From the NCBI GenBank assembly GCA_963575745.1, contig CAUYUJ010000225.1, positions 1,178,001 through 1,242,000 on the forward strand: a stretch of 64,000 nt of DNA. Reading direction: 5' to 3'. The first letter of the stretch is position 1; each line of letters starts with the position of its first letter. The stretch comes from Prorocentrum cordatum (taxonomy: Eukaryota). Below are positions 23,680 to 43,890 of the stretch, piece after piece. A model generated the notes under the pieces. It searched no databases and was not told where the DNA came from. It was given only the letters and a program-made list of their open reading frames with translations. The translations under genes were made by a program, and so were the position numbers.

Positions 23680-24769
23680 GCCCAATCTTGCTCAATATGG
23701 CTGCCAAGATGCTTCGGAGGCCCCGAGAGGCTGAACATCTGTCACCAACCCATGAGGCAGCACTGATCCAGTCAATTCAGTCTGATAATTACAATCTCGT
23801 CTTTTCGTTTCCAACGGGCCTTTTCGGCCTCAAGGCGGCCAAAGAGAGCCCCAAGAGAAGCACGGCCCCAAGAGTGCCCATGAGCCCCCCCAAGAGGGCC
23901 CAAGAGACCTCCACGCTGGCAACATAGCGCCCCAAGGCGGCCCAGGGAGGACCCCAAGACGGCCCCAAGACGGCCTCCGAAGGTATCAGACGTGCTTAAG
24001 AGCACCCCGAGACACCACAAGAAGCTTGCCAAAGGTTTCAAAGAGTCTCCAAGAGGCCCCTAGGAGGTTTCCAGGAGGCCCACGATGCCTCAAGAGGCTC
24101 CCAAGAAGCCCCAAGAGGCCCACACGAGGTCCCCAAGAGGGCGCAAATATGCCTCCAAGAGGGCGCCAAGAGGGCGCCAACCTGCCACTTCATGCTCCTC
24201 GGTGTCCGTCTCCTCCTCCTCCTCCTCCTCCTCCTCCTCCTCCTCCTCCTCCTCCTCCTCCTCTTCTCTGTCCGAGGTCGCGAAGTTTACGGGCTAATTT
24301 CCCGCATGGGGGGCCCGAGGTGGCCTCCGCTCTGCGGGCTCAACACGGCGGGACCCCTGCGGGCCCTTAGCCGTATTCGAATATCTGAAGGGTTTTCCTT
24401 GCAAGCTGATTACCATGCTAATATGTATTGATCGGCGGGCTCGGGTGTCGCCGCAAGCTCGGTTTTGAGGGGCATCTTTCGCTCCCGAGATGCCCCCCAA
24501 AGGCCCAAGACTGCCTCAAGAACCTCAAGACGGCCCCAGATGGCCAGAAAACGGTGCACGACGGCCCATTATGGCCCCAAAGAGGGAACGGGGGTGGACC
24601 TCGAACCCGACCGACCTAAAACTCTTCCCCTGGAGAGCGGTACGGAGCCTTCCAGGCGAAGGTGACCACGAGGGACATGCTGTGTGAAGACGGGGCGGGA
24701 CTCGCGCCGAGGCTGTTTCGGTCATGCGCCAGACAAGCGGCCAGGGGCCAGACGCAGCAGGGCTGAAGC

Positions 24770-27960
<3,191 letters not shown>

Positions 27961-28318
27961 AAAAGGGGGGAGGGCTCCAGTGATCCTTGCGACCCCCCCC
28001 CGCCCCCTTGGGGCACCTCTTGGGCCCCTCTTGGGGCCTGTTGAGGCATCTTGGGGGGGGCCCTCTTTCGACGTCTTGGGCCGTAGGAGGAGGAGGAGGA
28101 GGAGGAGGAGGAGGAGGAGGAGGAGGAGGAGGAGGAGGAGGAGGAGGAGGAGGAGGAGGAGGAGGAGGAGGAGGAGGAGGAGGAGCAGGAGCAGGAGCAG
28201 GAGCGGGAGCAGGAGGGAGGGGAGGGGGGGGAGGTAGAAGGAGGAGGAGGAGGAGGAAGAGGAGGAGGAGGAGGAGAAGGAAGATGAGGATGAGGGGAGG
28301 ATGAGGAGGATGAGGATG

Positions 28319-28394
<76 letters not shown>

Positions 28395-30649
28395 GAGAGG
28401 AGGAGGAGGCGGAGGAGGAGGAGGAGGAGAAGGAGAGGGGAAGATGACGCTACGGGTGAAGCGTCGCCCAACCGCGTGCCTAAGGGCGGACGAGCGGTCG
28501 GCCCCAATCCCGCCGACGACGCGGCGGGCAGGTTCGGACTGCGCTCGACGCGCAGGCCCCCGAGAGGTGCGGGCAGGGCGCGCCGGCCGAGCGGGGGCGC
28601 CCCGCAGCGGCAGGTGGGCCGGACGGGGCGCGTGTCCGAATTCCCGCCCGGGGGGGAGGAGGCGAATGCCCAGGGGGGCAGCCCAGTGCCAGCGGGTGAA
28701 GCGAGCAGGGGCGCGCACCCGCAAGGGGGTAGTTGTGGTAGGGGAGCCCACCAAACGACGCACGCGCCCAACCACGTGCGTAAACACGGCCCTCCAATCC
28801 GCGAGACCAGCCGCGTGATGCGAACGTTCGCGCAAGGCGTCCTCTGCTTCGAGGACGCACTGGCCCGGGCCAGTGCAAGCCCAGGTCCGTCGGGCTCTGC
28901 AGGATTCTGCAGGGCCCTGCGCGCAAGCCCGGGTCAGTGCAGCCCTGGCTCTCCATGAGGAGGGGGAGGAGGAGGAGGAGGAGGAGAAGGAGGAGGAGGA
29001 GGAGGAGAGGAGGAGGAGGGAGAACGAGAACATGATGATGATTATGATGATGATGATGAGGAGGAGGAGGAGGAGGAGGGGAGGACGAGGAGGAGGACGA
29101 GGAAGAGGAGGAGGAGGAGCAGGAGGAGGAGCAGGAGGAGGAGCAGGAGGAGGAGGAGGAGGAGGAGGAGGAGGAGGAGGACAAGGACGAGGACAAGGAG
29201 GAGGACAAGGACGAGCCCCCTCCTCTCGAGCCACAGGGGGTGCTTCTGGATGCGGGGAGCCCCAGGCGGACGCCTCTCGCGGACGGAGGGGCGGCGCGAG
29301 GCGCCCATGAGCAGCTCGAGGCTGTGCGCCGGCCTTCGTCTGAGGCGGGCCCCCGGCCATCGGCCCCACGGCACGCACCCCGATGGCTGCGTGATGACTT
29401 GCCATCGCTCGGACGGCCATTCCCCGTGTAATGGTTCAGCTTCGTGCGTGCTTTTTTCGCCAGGTGATCCGGAATGCTCCTCGATGGTCCTCGCCGAGAA
29501 CAGCGACATAAAAAAGCACACGTCCGAGCGATGCCAACATAATCGAGCCCTGATCAGAAAAGCATGGCCGCCCATGTTTGACATGCGTTGACAACTCTCT
29601 GTGGCTGCTTTGCGCATCACGAGCCACGTCTGCATCGCAGAGCGGGGGGGGAGGGGCTGGGAGGGGACATGCCACTCCTTGACACCCCTATCTGTGGCCG
29701 CCGCGATCGCCGCGGCGACCCCCCAAACCGACCTGGAGGTTAGACTCGGGGTCGGATACCGCGCAGCGCGATTAGAAGGCGAGGGCGGGAGAAAGCCTAC
29801 TGTATGTAAACGGTGGTGCAGCACCGCGCGCGCCACCCCTGCCGAAGACCGCGCCCCCCGTCACCGCACACGGGCCGCGAGCGGGGGCGACGCACCCGGA
29901 GGTGACCGTCGGTGTCGGGCGCGTCGACGCGCAATCCCGCCCTCTCCAACCGCTGCCCGGTGAGGCCGAAGCGCAAGGCGAGACTGGCGGCAGGCACGGG
30001 CCCCTGGTGATCGGCTAGAGCATGCCAGACGATCGCGACCGCCACGGCCTCGTAAGACCGCCTCGCGACCAGGGGCCAACCCGCGAGCCCTCCCTTGACG
30101 AGCGGGGGGCAAGGAAGCACGGGGTGTCGTTGCCGGGTTCGGGGGCGAATCGCCCCCCTACGAAAATCATCAAATCATCCTTGCGTGGTCGTGTGTTGTT
30201 CCTTTTTTCCTTTACCCCCTTTTCCTTTTTCCCGTTTTTTTCATGCTGTTCATTTTTTAACGTTCGCGAACCTCGCTGTGCGAATCTCTCTGGATGGGCG
30301 CGTGGTGAGGAAATCCATTCTGCGAGCCTCGCTGACTCGGGTACGTGACCACGTGGGGCGGGGGTGGGACATCCGCCCCTCCCTTGCTGCTGGCGGCGCC
30401 TGGGGAACAAGTGTTTTTCTGTTTTTGCCCCCACCCCCCCCCCCCCCCCCCCCCCCCTCCTAGGCGCCAGCAGCAAAGGATTGCAATCGCAGCGCATTGC
30501 AATCGCATTGCAGCAGCATCGCTATAGTACTGACTGTCGCAGTAGTAGTACTGTAGTAGTGTAATATTCGTTGTGCTCTACTACTGCAGCATTCTAGAAA
30601 CGCCGTAGTAGTACATTAGTGGTGTGGCAGCACTGTGTTCGCCCTGTAG

Positions 30650-31050
<401 letters not shown>

Positions 31051-31051
31051 A

Positions 31052-33440
<2,389 letters not shown>

Positions 33441-33489
33441 ATAGAAGTATGAGTATTGTTATTTGTATTATTACTATTATTAATAGTAC

Positions 33490-35195
33490 TCGTAGTAGTC
33501 GTAGCAACACCACTCCGGCCTTGCAGTAGAGGTCATGCGCGAGAGTTTGCTCCAGTAGACGCACTGTAGTAGTGCAGTAGAAGTAGCCCACGACTGTAGT
33601 ACTCGAGCAGAGTAGTAGCATCATCGAACTATAATGCTTTAGTGGTAGTCTGCAAGAAGAGTGCTGCAATATTGTGGGGATGTGCCGTACTACTGCAGTA
33701 GTGGTACTGTAGCAGCAGCACTCTAATATATTATCCGTACGAGTAGTATTGCTTGCAGTGATTACACTACTGTATTAGAGCTAGTTAGAGACGTAGTCGA
33801 TCAGCACTGTTGTAGTACTCTAGTACTGTAGTGCTGTAGCGGTGGCATTGAAATAGTCGTAGTGCAGTACTCTAGCTGTAGTACAGCCGTAGTGGTACTC
33901 TAGTACTGAACCAGTGGTACTCTGATACCGTCCTACGCCAGTAGCGTTATTGCATTAACGAAGTGGCAGCACTGCAATAGCTCTGTAGTTGTAATCGGAG
34001 TAGTACTACTCAGGCCTCTCAGTAAAGATCATACTCTAGTACTTGCTTTAGCAGTCGCACCGCAGTATTGTCGAATAAGTAGTCCCCTACTGCACTATCC
34101 TCGAACTGTAGGGCTTCAGTGGTAGTGGTGTAGGGAGAGTGCTGTACTGTTGTGGAACCGTGCTGTACCATTGTAATGCTGGCATTGTAGATGCCGTGCC
34201 CTAGTAGTGCCTTCGTAAAGCAGCACTCTACTACTCCCTGCAGCGAGTGTGCTGCACTACTGTCGCGGGAATATTCGAATGACGTAGTATAGCAGCACGG
34301 TTGCAGTATTTTAACACTGTAGCGCAATAGTGGTCACACCGAACTAGTCCTAGTACAGTACTCTCGCAGTAGTACTGCAATCGTGGTACTCTAGTGCTGG
34401 ACCAGTGGTACCCTGACACCGTGCTAAACCAGTAGTAGAATTGCATGAACGAGGTGGCAGCGCTGCAGTAGCCCTGCAGCTGTAACGGTAGTACTCAGGC
34501 CTCGAAGTAAAGATCCTACGCTAGTACTTGCTTCAGTACTCGCACTGCTGTAGTGCAGTAGTAATTCACTACTGTAGTACTCCAGTACAGTACTCGTACC
34601 CTTCAACTGTAATGCTTTCGCGGTGGTGTTGTAGGAAGAGTGTTGTACTATTGTGGAGCCGTGCTGCACTATTGCAGTAGTGGCGCTATAGAAGCAGTGC
34701 TCTTGTACCGTATTCGTAAAAAGTACTATCCTACAACTGTCTGTTTGCAGTGCGTGTGCTACAATACTGTAAATACTCTAGCACGGTCGTAGTGCTCCAG
34801 CACTGTTGTGGTATCCTGGTATTGCCGTACTATCGCAGCACTGTTGTAGTGCTCTAGTCCTGAAATGCTGTAGTGGGGGTATTACAAATGTCGCTCTAGC
34901 AGAAGTACTGCACTCGTGGCAATCTAGTAGTGTATAGTAGTCAAATACTGGCAGTAGTAATAGTGGAACTCTACCATTTGAGTATTCAGTGGATTTTATT
35001 GCAGTCGTAGTAGTGCTCTGGCACAGTAATATTGGTAACACTGTCGTGGCGGCTGTACGGGTAATACCATAGTGTGCTGCAGCAGTAGTACTAGTAGCCG
35101 TAGTAGCCGTAGTAGCCGTAGTAGCAGTAGTAGTAGTAGTAATAATAATAATACTGAAAGCGTCGTAGGAGCAGTCGTACTCCAATTCTGTAGTA

Positions 35196-35248
<53 letters not shown>

Positions 35249-35330
35249 CGTAGTAGTAGTAGTAGTAATAGTAGTCGTAGTCGTAGTCGTAGCCGTAGCC
35301 GTAGCCGTAGTCGTAGTCGTAGTCGTAGAC

Positions 35331-35362
<32 letters not shown>

Positions 35363-35425
35363 CGTAGTCGTAGTCGTAGTCGTAGTCGTAGTCGTAGTCG
35401 TAGTCGTAGTCGTAGTCGTAGTAGC

Positions 35426-35504
<79 letters not shown>

Positions 35505-35530
35505 ATACTATTGTAGTAATGTGGTGATAG
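33490..35530. repeat. Degenerate GTAGTACT-rich satellite with an internal duplication (offset ~490 bp)
   Basis: ~33892-34250 aligns by eye with ~34383-34740 (GTGGTACTCTAGT..CCAGTGGTAC..CTCAGGCCTC..AGTAAAGATC). Confidence 0.7.
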
Positions 35531-35559
35531 TAATACCCTAGTACAGCAATAACAGACCT

Positions 35560-35892
35560 GAGTCTCAGGCTAGGCTTTGGTTGAGGCTTCGGCTTGGGCT
35601 TCGGCTGGGGTTCATGTTAGGTTGAGGCTGAGGCTTAGACTGAGGCTTAGGCTAGTCCTCGACTAGGCTTAGGCTGAGGCTTACGCCAAGGCTTAGGCCG
35701 AGGTTCGGGCGAGGTTCAGGCTATGCTTAGGATGAGGTGTGGGCTAGGCTGCGGCTTAGGCTGAGGCTGGGGCTCAGGCTGGGCTTAGGCAAGGCTTAGG
35801 CAAGGCTTAGGTTAAGCTGAGGCTTAGGCGGAGCTGGCTTAGGCTAAGGCTCAGGCGTGGCTGGCTTAGGCTGGCTGGGGCTGAGGCTCAGT
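35560..35892. repeat. Degenerate (TTAGGC/TGAGGC)n hexamer array
   Basis: Directly visible. Confidence 0.8.
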
Positions 35893-37614
35893 CCGCCTCA
35901 CGAAAAGTTATCGCATCGTCGCGGAAGGCGCAATGCGAGGACATGGAGGTCGCGGGTGTTCAGGTACTTTGTTTGGTCGGAGGCAGCACGCGCATCAGCC
36001 AACAACTCTCCTGCACGAGCCACCATAAGGACAAACAAAACATGAAAATCGCAGGGGCGCGATTCGCCCCCTGACCCGTTGTTGCCGTAGCGGACGCTGC
36101 GGTTGCAGCACCAGCCTCAGGGGTCGCTGCTGCTGCCGTCGGCGGTGAGGCCGTAGGGGTCGCCGCTGCTGCTTCTGCAGAGTTGCTCGAAGCGACATGC
36201 AGAGCGGCGCCGGCAATGGGCCGACGTCCTCCACCGCGTCGGCAGTGAGCCCGGCTCCAGCATTAAGCGCTGCCACAGGAGGCTCACTGGCATCGCACTG
36301 AGAGGGGGCATACCATAATCAGAGTCTCCAAATTCATGAGGCGAAATGTAAGGAAGGATACCAGTATCACCTTGGACGTCTATAATTTCATCGGGCGTTT
36401 CTCCAGCGTGCGAATCCTCAGCTCATTTTTCACGACGATCGGCTGGTGGAGCAACTGAGGTTTGCGTTCATCTTCATGAAACGTTTCTTCATCACGTGGC
36501 TCGCCGCCAATCTGACATTCATCATGGTGCGTTTCTTCACAATTAGGTCCATCTGTCCGTCGCTAAGGACATCTGCGCATTATACTAGATCACATTCCAA
36601 GTCCTTCGGGTCCCACATCCCGACAGAGAACAGCGACAGCCAACCTCTCGGCAACTCTGTTGGCACGACCTCGGGCGGCATGCATGCATATATACATATG
36701 ATACCGGAGAAAAAACCCAATCAGGGATATATGGCTAGGGGATAGAGTTGTAGGGCTATAGGGCTATAGGGCTATAGGGTTATAGGGCTTAGGGCTATAG
36801 GGCTATAAGGCACCCCCGGGTACGCCCAGGCACCTGGGCACCCGGACACCCGGGCACCTCCGGGCACCCCCGGGCACCCGGGCGTGCCGCGAAAATCGGC
36901 GACAAACCTAACCTAACCATATGAATCCGCTAGGACCCCTACAGATGACTGGGGAACTTATATACACGTATGTGTAATGAAGGTCTACATGCATACATAC
37001 AGATTTATATATATATATATATATATATGTATAATGATCTGTGAATGTATGCATATCGATGTACCCATGTATACATACATACACATGTATATATATATAT
37101 GGTATATATATACACGTGGTCAGGCGCTCCTTCTCGTGAGGGGTAGGAGGAGGAGGCGGAGGAGAAGGAGGAGGAGGAGGAGGAGGAGAAGGGCAGAAGA
37201 GGGAGGGGAAAGCGGACACGGAGAAGAGGTGGCGCTGGGAAAGAGTGATGACATGGAAGCAAACGGGAGCGGGAGTAACTAAGAGAATGTTGCTGGATCG
37301 GGAGTTGTAGCGAGAGAGGTAGGAACATAGCGGGGCGAGAGATGGGGGCCTCCTTCAGCTCTTCCTCCTCTTCCTCCTCCTCCTCCTCCTCCTCCTCTTC
37401 CTGCTCCTCCTCCTCCTCCACCTCCTCCTCCTCCCCGCCACGTCCTCCACCTCTTTCTCTGCCTCTTCATTTCCCTCCTCCTATTCTCCCACCTCGTCCT
37501 CTTCCTCATCTTCCTTCGTCGTCCTCCTCTACCTCTTCCTCCTCCTCTTCCTCCTCCTCCTCCTCATCCTCCCCCCCCCTCATCCTTCCCCTCCTCCTTC
37601 AACTCCCCCGTGCC

Positions 37615-40600
37615 CTCCTATCCGCCAGGGTCTATTGGTGCTCGTGCGTCATGATTTCCCGTGCATGCTTACGCATATGTATACTACCGCCAAGGCCAGA
37701 GCCCAAGGGACTGACAATGCCGCTCGAAAAGCTTGGTTGCAGTGGGCTCGTGACAGTTGTTTCGCAAGGAGCCTCTTTGGCTCATCGGTTTTCTCGGGCT
37801 CGGGCCGTCCAGGAGATTATAAGCGCTGGTTTGGACACTCAGCCCCACGCACTTGTGGAGGCTGAATTGGAGCCCTGGAAGAAGGTCTGGCTGACCCACG
37901 GCTGTTCTGCTCAGCCGCTTCCTGACGGGGTCCAGTGGTGGCCCAGCCTACCGCCCATCCAGCCCTACCAAATTCGGGAGGTTGCTCGGAGATACAGTGC
38001 CAAGACCTCGTCAGGCCCCACCAAGACGGCGCCGAGAGCGCTCGTGCACATCTCCGAAGGTGCCTGCGAGGCCCTAGCCATGCTTTTTAACAAGTGCGAA
38101 GACCTTCTCGTTTGGCCCAGCGAAAGGATTTGGACGGAGTTAGTGAGGCTGGCCAAGCCAGAGGGAGGCACCAGGCTGATTGCTTTCTTCAGGGCATCCT
38201 CGCGGGATGCTCGCACGCAACTGGCATTATGTACCTTATCACTTTCAGGACGCTCACGCGCCTCTCGCAGGTGGCCCCTTGCATCACACCTAGGGCCTAC
38301 GCTGACGACATTTCCATCCAGCTTGTCACTAGCGACAGAGCGGATGTTCGGTGGTTTAAGCGCGCAGTCAACGCCTTCACGCATGATGCTGCGGAGCTCG
38401 GTCTCCTCACACAGCCCGAGAAGTCAGGCATCATCGCAGCCACCAGGCGCGGACGGCACTTCTTTGTGAAGCAAGCCGCCGCGCTGAAGTTGCAATTTCG
38501 CCCCTGGATGAGGAACCTTGGGCACGACCTTGCGGCGAGCAGAGTCATCAGGTCGCAGGGGAAAGCTCGACTCCGTGCGCTGAAGACCAGGAGGAGGAAG
38601 TTTCTCGCGCTCAAGGGTGCAGTTGGTCGCAAGGTTTCAAGGCTAGTCAGGACAGGCGCCATGCCAGCAACGGCGCACGGCGCTGGCGTCGCAAGCGTCT
38701 CAGACACGACACTCCGTTATTTCAGGCAGCTCGCAGCCACGCTGGCTGGGGGCAAGCCGCATGGCGGCGTCACGGCGTACATGATCATGCACCCAGACCC
38801 GTTCTATGACCCAATGTACGATTGCACGCTCCTCATCACGGTGAGATATGCGGTATGGATCTGGGACGCACGTTTCTCGCTTGGCAGGCTGCAGATGGCC
38901 TGGGCGATCCTTCGGCCCAAGCTGAGCACCAACCCGACATGGCAGAGTGCCAAGGGACCGCTTTCTAGTACGTGGCTCACTCTCCTGCGGATCCACTGGG
39001 ATATGTGCAACGCCCATGCCTTTGTCACGGACCTCGGGGACGCCATCAGCCTGCTGCACACGCCGCCATACGACGTGAAGCTCGCGATCATCGAGGGCAT
39101 CCAGCGGTGGCAGCATCGGCGGCGCCTGTCTCATGTTTCTGTTTCCGACGGCAGCGAGCAGATATGGCATCGTGCGCTGAGGAATGGAGTTAAATCGATC
39201 AAGTGTCCCAAGCAATCCGCAACACTGGCAACCGTTTGGGCTAATGCCATTCCGCTTCCCGCTGCGAAGGCAACGCAAGGATACATGGTTTCACCTCACT
39301 GTCGCGTGTGTTTACACCCCAACGGGACATACGGTCATGTGTGGTACCAGTGCCAAGGCCTCATACAGGACGACCTGGACCCATACGGGGACCTGGTCCC
39401 CGAGGCGCACCTTAGCCACCGTGCTGTCCTGACGGCCTCAGCGATGGACGTCACTGAGCGGCCGCAGGTCGACAGCACCTACTTAACGTTTAGTTTCCCT
39501 TCCTTGCCCCAGGCTAGTGCGCGTCGGGCCCCCAAAGCCGATCCTGTGGTGCTGCAGTGGGGGGACGTGCACGGCGTGTGGGGGCCTGAAAGCTCTGTGG
39601 GCGGAGGTTGCTTGCAGTCCAGTATCCCCGGAGGTCGCCCGAACTGGGTGGGGAACTGTTCAGATCCCCACAGGCCTGTTGCCCTGCCGCGCTGTCTACG
39701 GAGCCATCCCATGGCCCAGGCAAGCCATCGGGCGAGCCGAGAGATGGGCAGTGCGGCAGGCCCCGTTTCATAATTCGAGTACGGGGCTCATCGTGTCTGA
39801 TTTGCAAGCCACGGTGAGAGAGGGGAACTCTTGGAGTCCAGAGGCCGCCAGAGGCTGTTCTAAGCATGCTGCGATTTGGGCTGATATCTACCGAATTTGC
39901 GAGAATGCCCCGCGTTTTTTTTTCTGGCAGCCAGTGCACCTCTCGCTAGACCAGGTGCTGGAAACATGATCCAGCCTTCATTTTTGGGCTGGCAACCTGT
40001 GGGCTGATTTCTTTGCCAAGCTCGGAGCGGCGTCCCATTCTTAGTCGGAAAGATTATCGAAGGCCTTGGCGGGAGAATTCAAATACCACAAATCCACGCT
40101 GAAGTTTTTAGCCTGGGCATCCCTGGAGTTGCTTAAAAGTGGTGAGTGGACAGGTGATATGCCTGAGAAACTTCGGTTGGCTGAGTCGTGCTTTGCTGTC
40201 CCTAAGGTGCAGATCACCCGTCACTGTCTCTGGAGGTCTGAGGTTCGAGGTGAGTGGAGGTGCAAGCACTGTGGCCGTTTTGCTCGCACCCCCGCCTCCC
40301 TCAAAACCCTCCTAACTAACAGACACGCTCGTGATTGTGACCCCACTGCTCTCCAGAGGACGGCCACCACGGAGTGGTTCCTTGCCCATGGGGCCTCGTT
40401 TGTCGTGGTGCGGAGTGAAGCTGTGAGCGTGGCGTGTGAGGCCGCAGCGAAGCTCGCTCCCGACTCCGAGCCTCTAGAGTCTTTAGAGGCTGGCCCCTCC
40501 CAGCCCGCTGGAAACCCGCTGGAGCCCATGAGGGATCTCGGCCATGACCCTTTTCAGGTTGGGCCCATGTTCGTGTGTAGGCGGTGCTCGGCCCATGGGG

Positions 40601-40929
40601 TTCCAGCTCATTTCAGGAATTTGTTGCGGCCCTGCAAGGGGCCCAACCCCGTGTCCTCCACCCGTGCGAACCAACGCATGGGCATCAGGAGGGCGGAGCG
40701 AGGGCTCCACCCGACCACGGGCGCGTCTCTCATTGGCCCGAGGGGTGCGTCCGATGACCGTGCTTCGGTGGCGGCCGACGTGGCCGACCGTGGTGCGGGG
40801 TGTGTAGGTAACTGTGCCACCCCTCCCGCCCCTGCCCGCTTTGGGGCTGGCGCGGAGGAAATCGCGCTTCCTCCCCCCCGCGGTGGTTCCCCGCGTGATC
40901 CCCTCCCGAGGGGACGAGGACAGTTCTGA
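37615..40929 (+). mobile_element. 5'-truncated, frameshifted non-LTR retrotransposon (RT - RNase H - zinc fingers)
   Basis: LAKPEGGTRLIA (RT region 1-2), QGILAGC and YADD (38298-38309), CRVC..H..YQC. RNase H-like motifs Q..GRAE, VSD and GNLWADFFAKLGA (39991-40029). CKHC and CRRC in the C-terminus. Several frameshifts and stops. Confidence 0.9.
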
Positions 40930-41219
40930 TTAGGTTTTGTTTGGCCCCGCCCCCCCCCCGTCGTGTCGTCGCCTGCGCCCGCCGCCCGCATACGCCCACT
41001 TCCACTTCCACTTCGGCGCGATGGTGCTCGGCGTGCAAGCGCCGCGACCCACGGGGTAAAGCGGGGCCCCCTTTTTCCGTTCTCCCCTCCCCCTGGCACA
41101 CTTGTGCCCCGCGGGAGCTGCTTGAACTCGGACCCACCACTCGGGAGTCATCCCTGGTGGTGGGCGCAACGGTGTGCCCCCCCCCCGTGCCATCCTACTC
41201 CTTCCTACCACTCCACACC

Positions 41220-41362
41220 CTTCTCTCTGCGTCCCTCCTCTTTCTCCTCCTCCTCCTCCTCCTCCTCGTCCTCCTCCTCCTCCTCCTCCTCCTCCTTCTC
41301 CTCCTCCACCTCCTCCTCCTCCTCCTCCTCGTCCTCCTCCTCCTCCTCCGCCTCATCATCAT

Positions 41363-41429
<67 letters not shown>

Positions 41430-41530
41430 GTCGTCATCACCATCACCATCACCATCACCATCACCATCACCATCATCATCATCATCATCATCATCATCAG
41501 CATCATCATCATCATCATCATCATCATCAC

Positions 41531-41565
<35 letters not shown>

Positions 41566-42110
41566 CCATCATCATCATCATCACCACCACCATCATCATC
41601 AACATCATCATCAGCATCATCATCATCCTCAACATCAGCATCATCATCAACACCATCATCATCGTCAACGTCATCGTCATCGTCATCATCATCACCATCA
41701 ACATCACCATCCCCATCACAATCGCCATCACCACCACCATCATCATCATCATCACCATCACCATTACCATCACCAACAACATCATCATCATCACCATCAT
41801 CATCGTAATCATCATCATCAGCATCATCATCGGCATCATCAGCATCACCATCATCATCATCAGCACCAGAACCACCACCACCATCGTCATCATCATCGTC
41901 GCCATCACCATCATCATATTCATCAACTTCACCATCAATCATCAATCATCAATCATCAATCATCATCACCATCATCATCACCATCACCATCACCATCGCC
42001 ATCACCATCACCATCATCATCATCACCATCATCATCATCACTATCACCACAATCATCATTGTCATCATCATAATCATAATCATCATCATCATCCTCATCA
42101 TCATCCCCTC
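41220..42110. repeat. (CCT)n-(CAT/CAC)n microsatellite
   Basis: Directly visible. Confidence 0.95.
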
Positions 42111-42914
42111 CCGTGTTTCCTTTCTCTATCTCTCTCTCTCTCTCTCCCTCTCTCCTCTCTCTTCCTCCCTCTCCCCGCGGACTTTTCCCTTTCCGGGTGT
42201 CCAACCTCGTCATCTTCGTCGTCCCCACTCCCACTCCTCCGCCCCCCGAGGCGGCCAGATGGGCCCCTCATCGGCACTGCAGTAGTACATGGCTGCGCCC
42301 CGCCGGCGCTGCAGCGCACTGCGATCTCCGTGCGGCCTCCGTGCGGCCTGCAGTTCAATGTGCTGCCCCCCACGACCACGCGCTCGTATTTCAGCATGAT
42401 GATCCTTCTCTTCGAAGGCAAGCCGCAGGCGCTCTAACCTCATCCCCCTCCTCCTCCTCCTCCTCCTCCTCCTCATCATCATCACCACCATCATCATCCC
42501 CCTCCTCATCTGCCTTCTCCTGCAGCCAAAAACCTCAAGCGTGAACAACATGGTGGTCTTTCGGAAGAACAGCCAGCACTGCTCTCCGTGTTCTGTCCAC
42601 GATCCTTCGGTCGTCGTCGTCCTCGGCGTCATCATCCTCTTCGCGGTCGCAGTTCTCGTCGTCTTCCTCTTTCTCTTCCCTCGTCGTCGCTGTTGTCGTC
42701 CTCTCTCATCCTCCCCCTTTTGATACTCCTGGCCCCAGCGGCGCGCTCTTTCACGTCTCCCCTTCCTCTCCCTGTGCCTCCCTCGAGGGTCGGCCCAGCG
42801 ATCCATTTTCAGCGGTCCGCCCGGGCATCTGGCCCGAAATTCGAAACCCTGCCCTACCTATTGAAGCGCGCCCGCTCTCTTGCCTTTCCCTTCGCTAGAA
42901 GAAGAAGAAACACA

Positions 42915-42954
<40 letters not shown>

Positions 42955-43652
42955 TTAATAACAAACAAACGGCATAAACATAAATAGTTGGCGCTCCGCA
43001 CGGATTTCTTGATCTGCGTTGGGTCCCCCTACCTGGCGCGCGGAGCGCGCCAGGGGCGGCGCCCGAGGCGCCACAGGGGGGGGCCCAGCGCAGATTTTCA
43101 TTCACCTCGAACAAAACACCTGCTGCCGTCGGTCGACACACAGCAGGCGCCGCTGCTTGATTTTGGCACAACACTCCCAAAGCGTATCGCTCGCGCTGCC
43201 ATCGGCTACACGTAAAAGTGACCCTGGGCAAGAGTGACCCTTGGTGCGCGGCTTTCTGAGGCCGCGAAGGGGCCGAGTCCAAGCGTGCCAGCCAGTGCTG
43301 GGGGGACCTGTGTGAGCCCGCACAAAAGGTCACCCCAGAGAAGGGTCACCCTTACGTGCAGTCGATCCCAACATCTTCATCCTGCTTCCGACTCCTGAAC
43401 CTGGGGAAACCAAAAGGTACCGATACCGCTACTCTCCGGACCTCTCCCTGGGTGCGTTCTGGGCGAATCAAGCGGTGGCAACAAGGGCCTCCCAAGAGGC
43501 CCGCAAAGGGGAGAACGAAGGAAGGGTAGGTGCATGGGAACAGCAGGTTCGGGTCGTGTAGACCCGAGCGTTGGTTCCTGACACCGCGGGGATCGTTCAA
43601 CCTTGAACGATCGGCCGGGGCCGTTTCCGAAGCGTCAGATCGTTCAACTAGA

Positions 43653-43890
43653 GGCCTCCTCGCTGGGGTCGGAGTAGATGGGGTCGGAGGATCGCGCCGC
43701 ATCGCCGATACATCGGCGATGCATCGGCGATGGGATCGGCAATGCGTCGGCGATGCGTCGTCGACGTCGAAGGTGAATCGGCGACGTCGGCGTGAAGGAA
43801 ATCGGGCTCCGCATCGAGCCGCATCGGCGATGCATCGTCGATGCGGCGCGATCCTCCGACCCCAACCATTCCGACCCCATCTGGGAGGCC
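43653..43890. mobile_element. ~240-bp palindromic MITE-like element
   Basis: TGGGGTCGGAGTAGATGGGGTCGGAGGATCGCGCCGCATCG is inverted at CGATGCGGCGCGATCCTCCGACCCCAACCATTCCGACCCCA; GGCCTCC/GGAGGCC termini. Confidence 0.75.

Larger units (their letters stand above)
19510..24180. repeat. Interrupted blocks of degenerate ~11-bp CCAAGA(GGCCC) satellite
   Basis: CCAAGA recurs at ~11-bp spacing in 19510-20070, 20600-21030, 23080-23600 and 23840-24180; also at 54820-55330. Confidence 0.8.

Noticed and set aside
29330..29640. Unique segments with possible coding potential (also 15330-15860, 36300-36690, 48560-49150)
   Set aside because: Translations contain stops and no motif I can identify.
35560..36920. 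Telomeric repeats (TTAGGC, CTATAGGG, AACCT)
   Set aside because: Degenerate, interstitial and not the TTTAGGG array expected for dinoflagellates.
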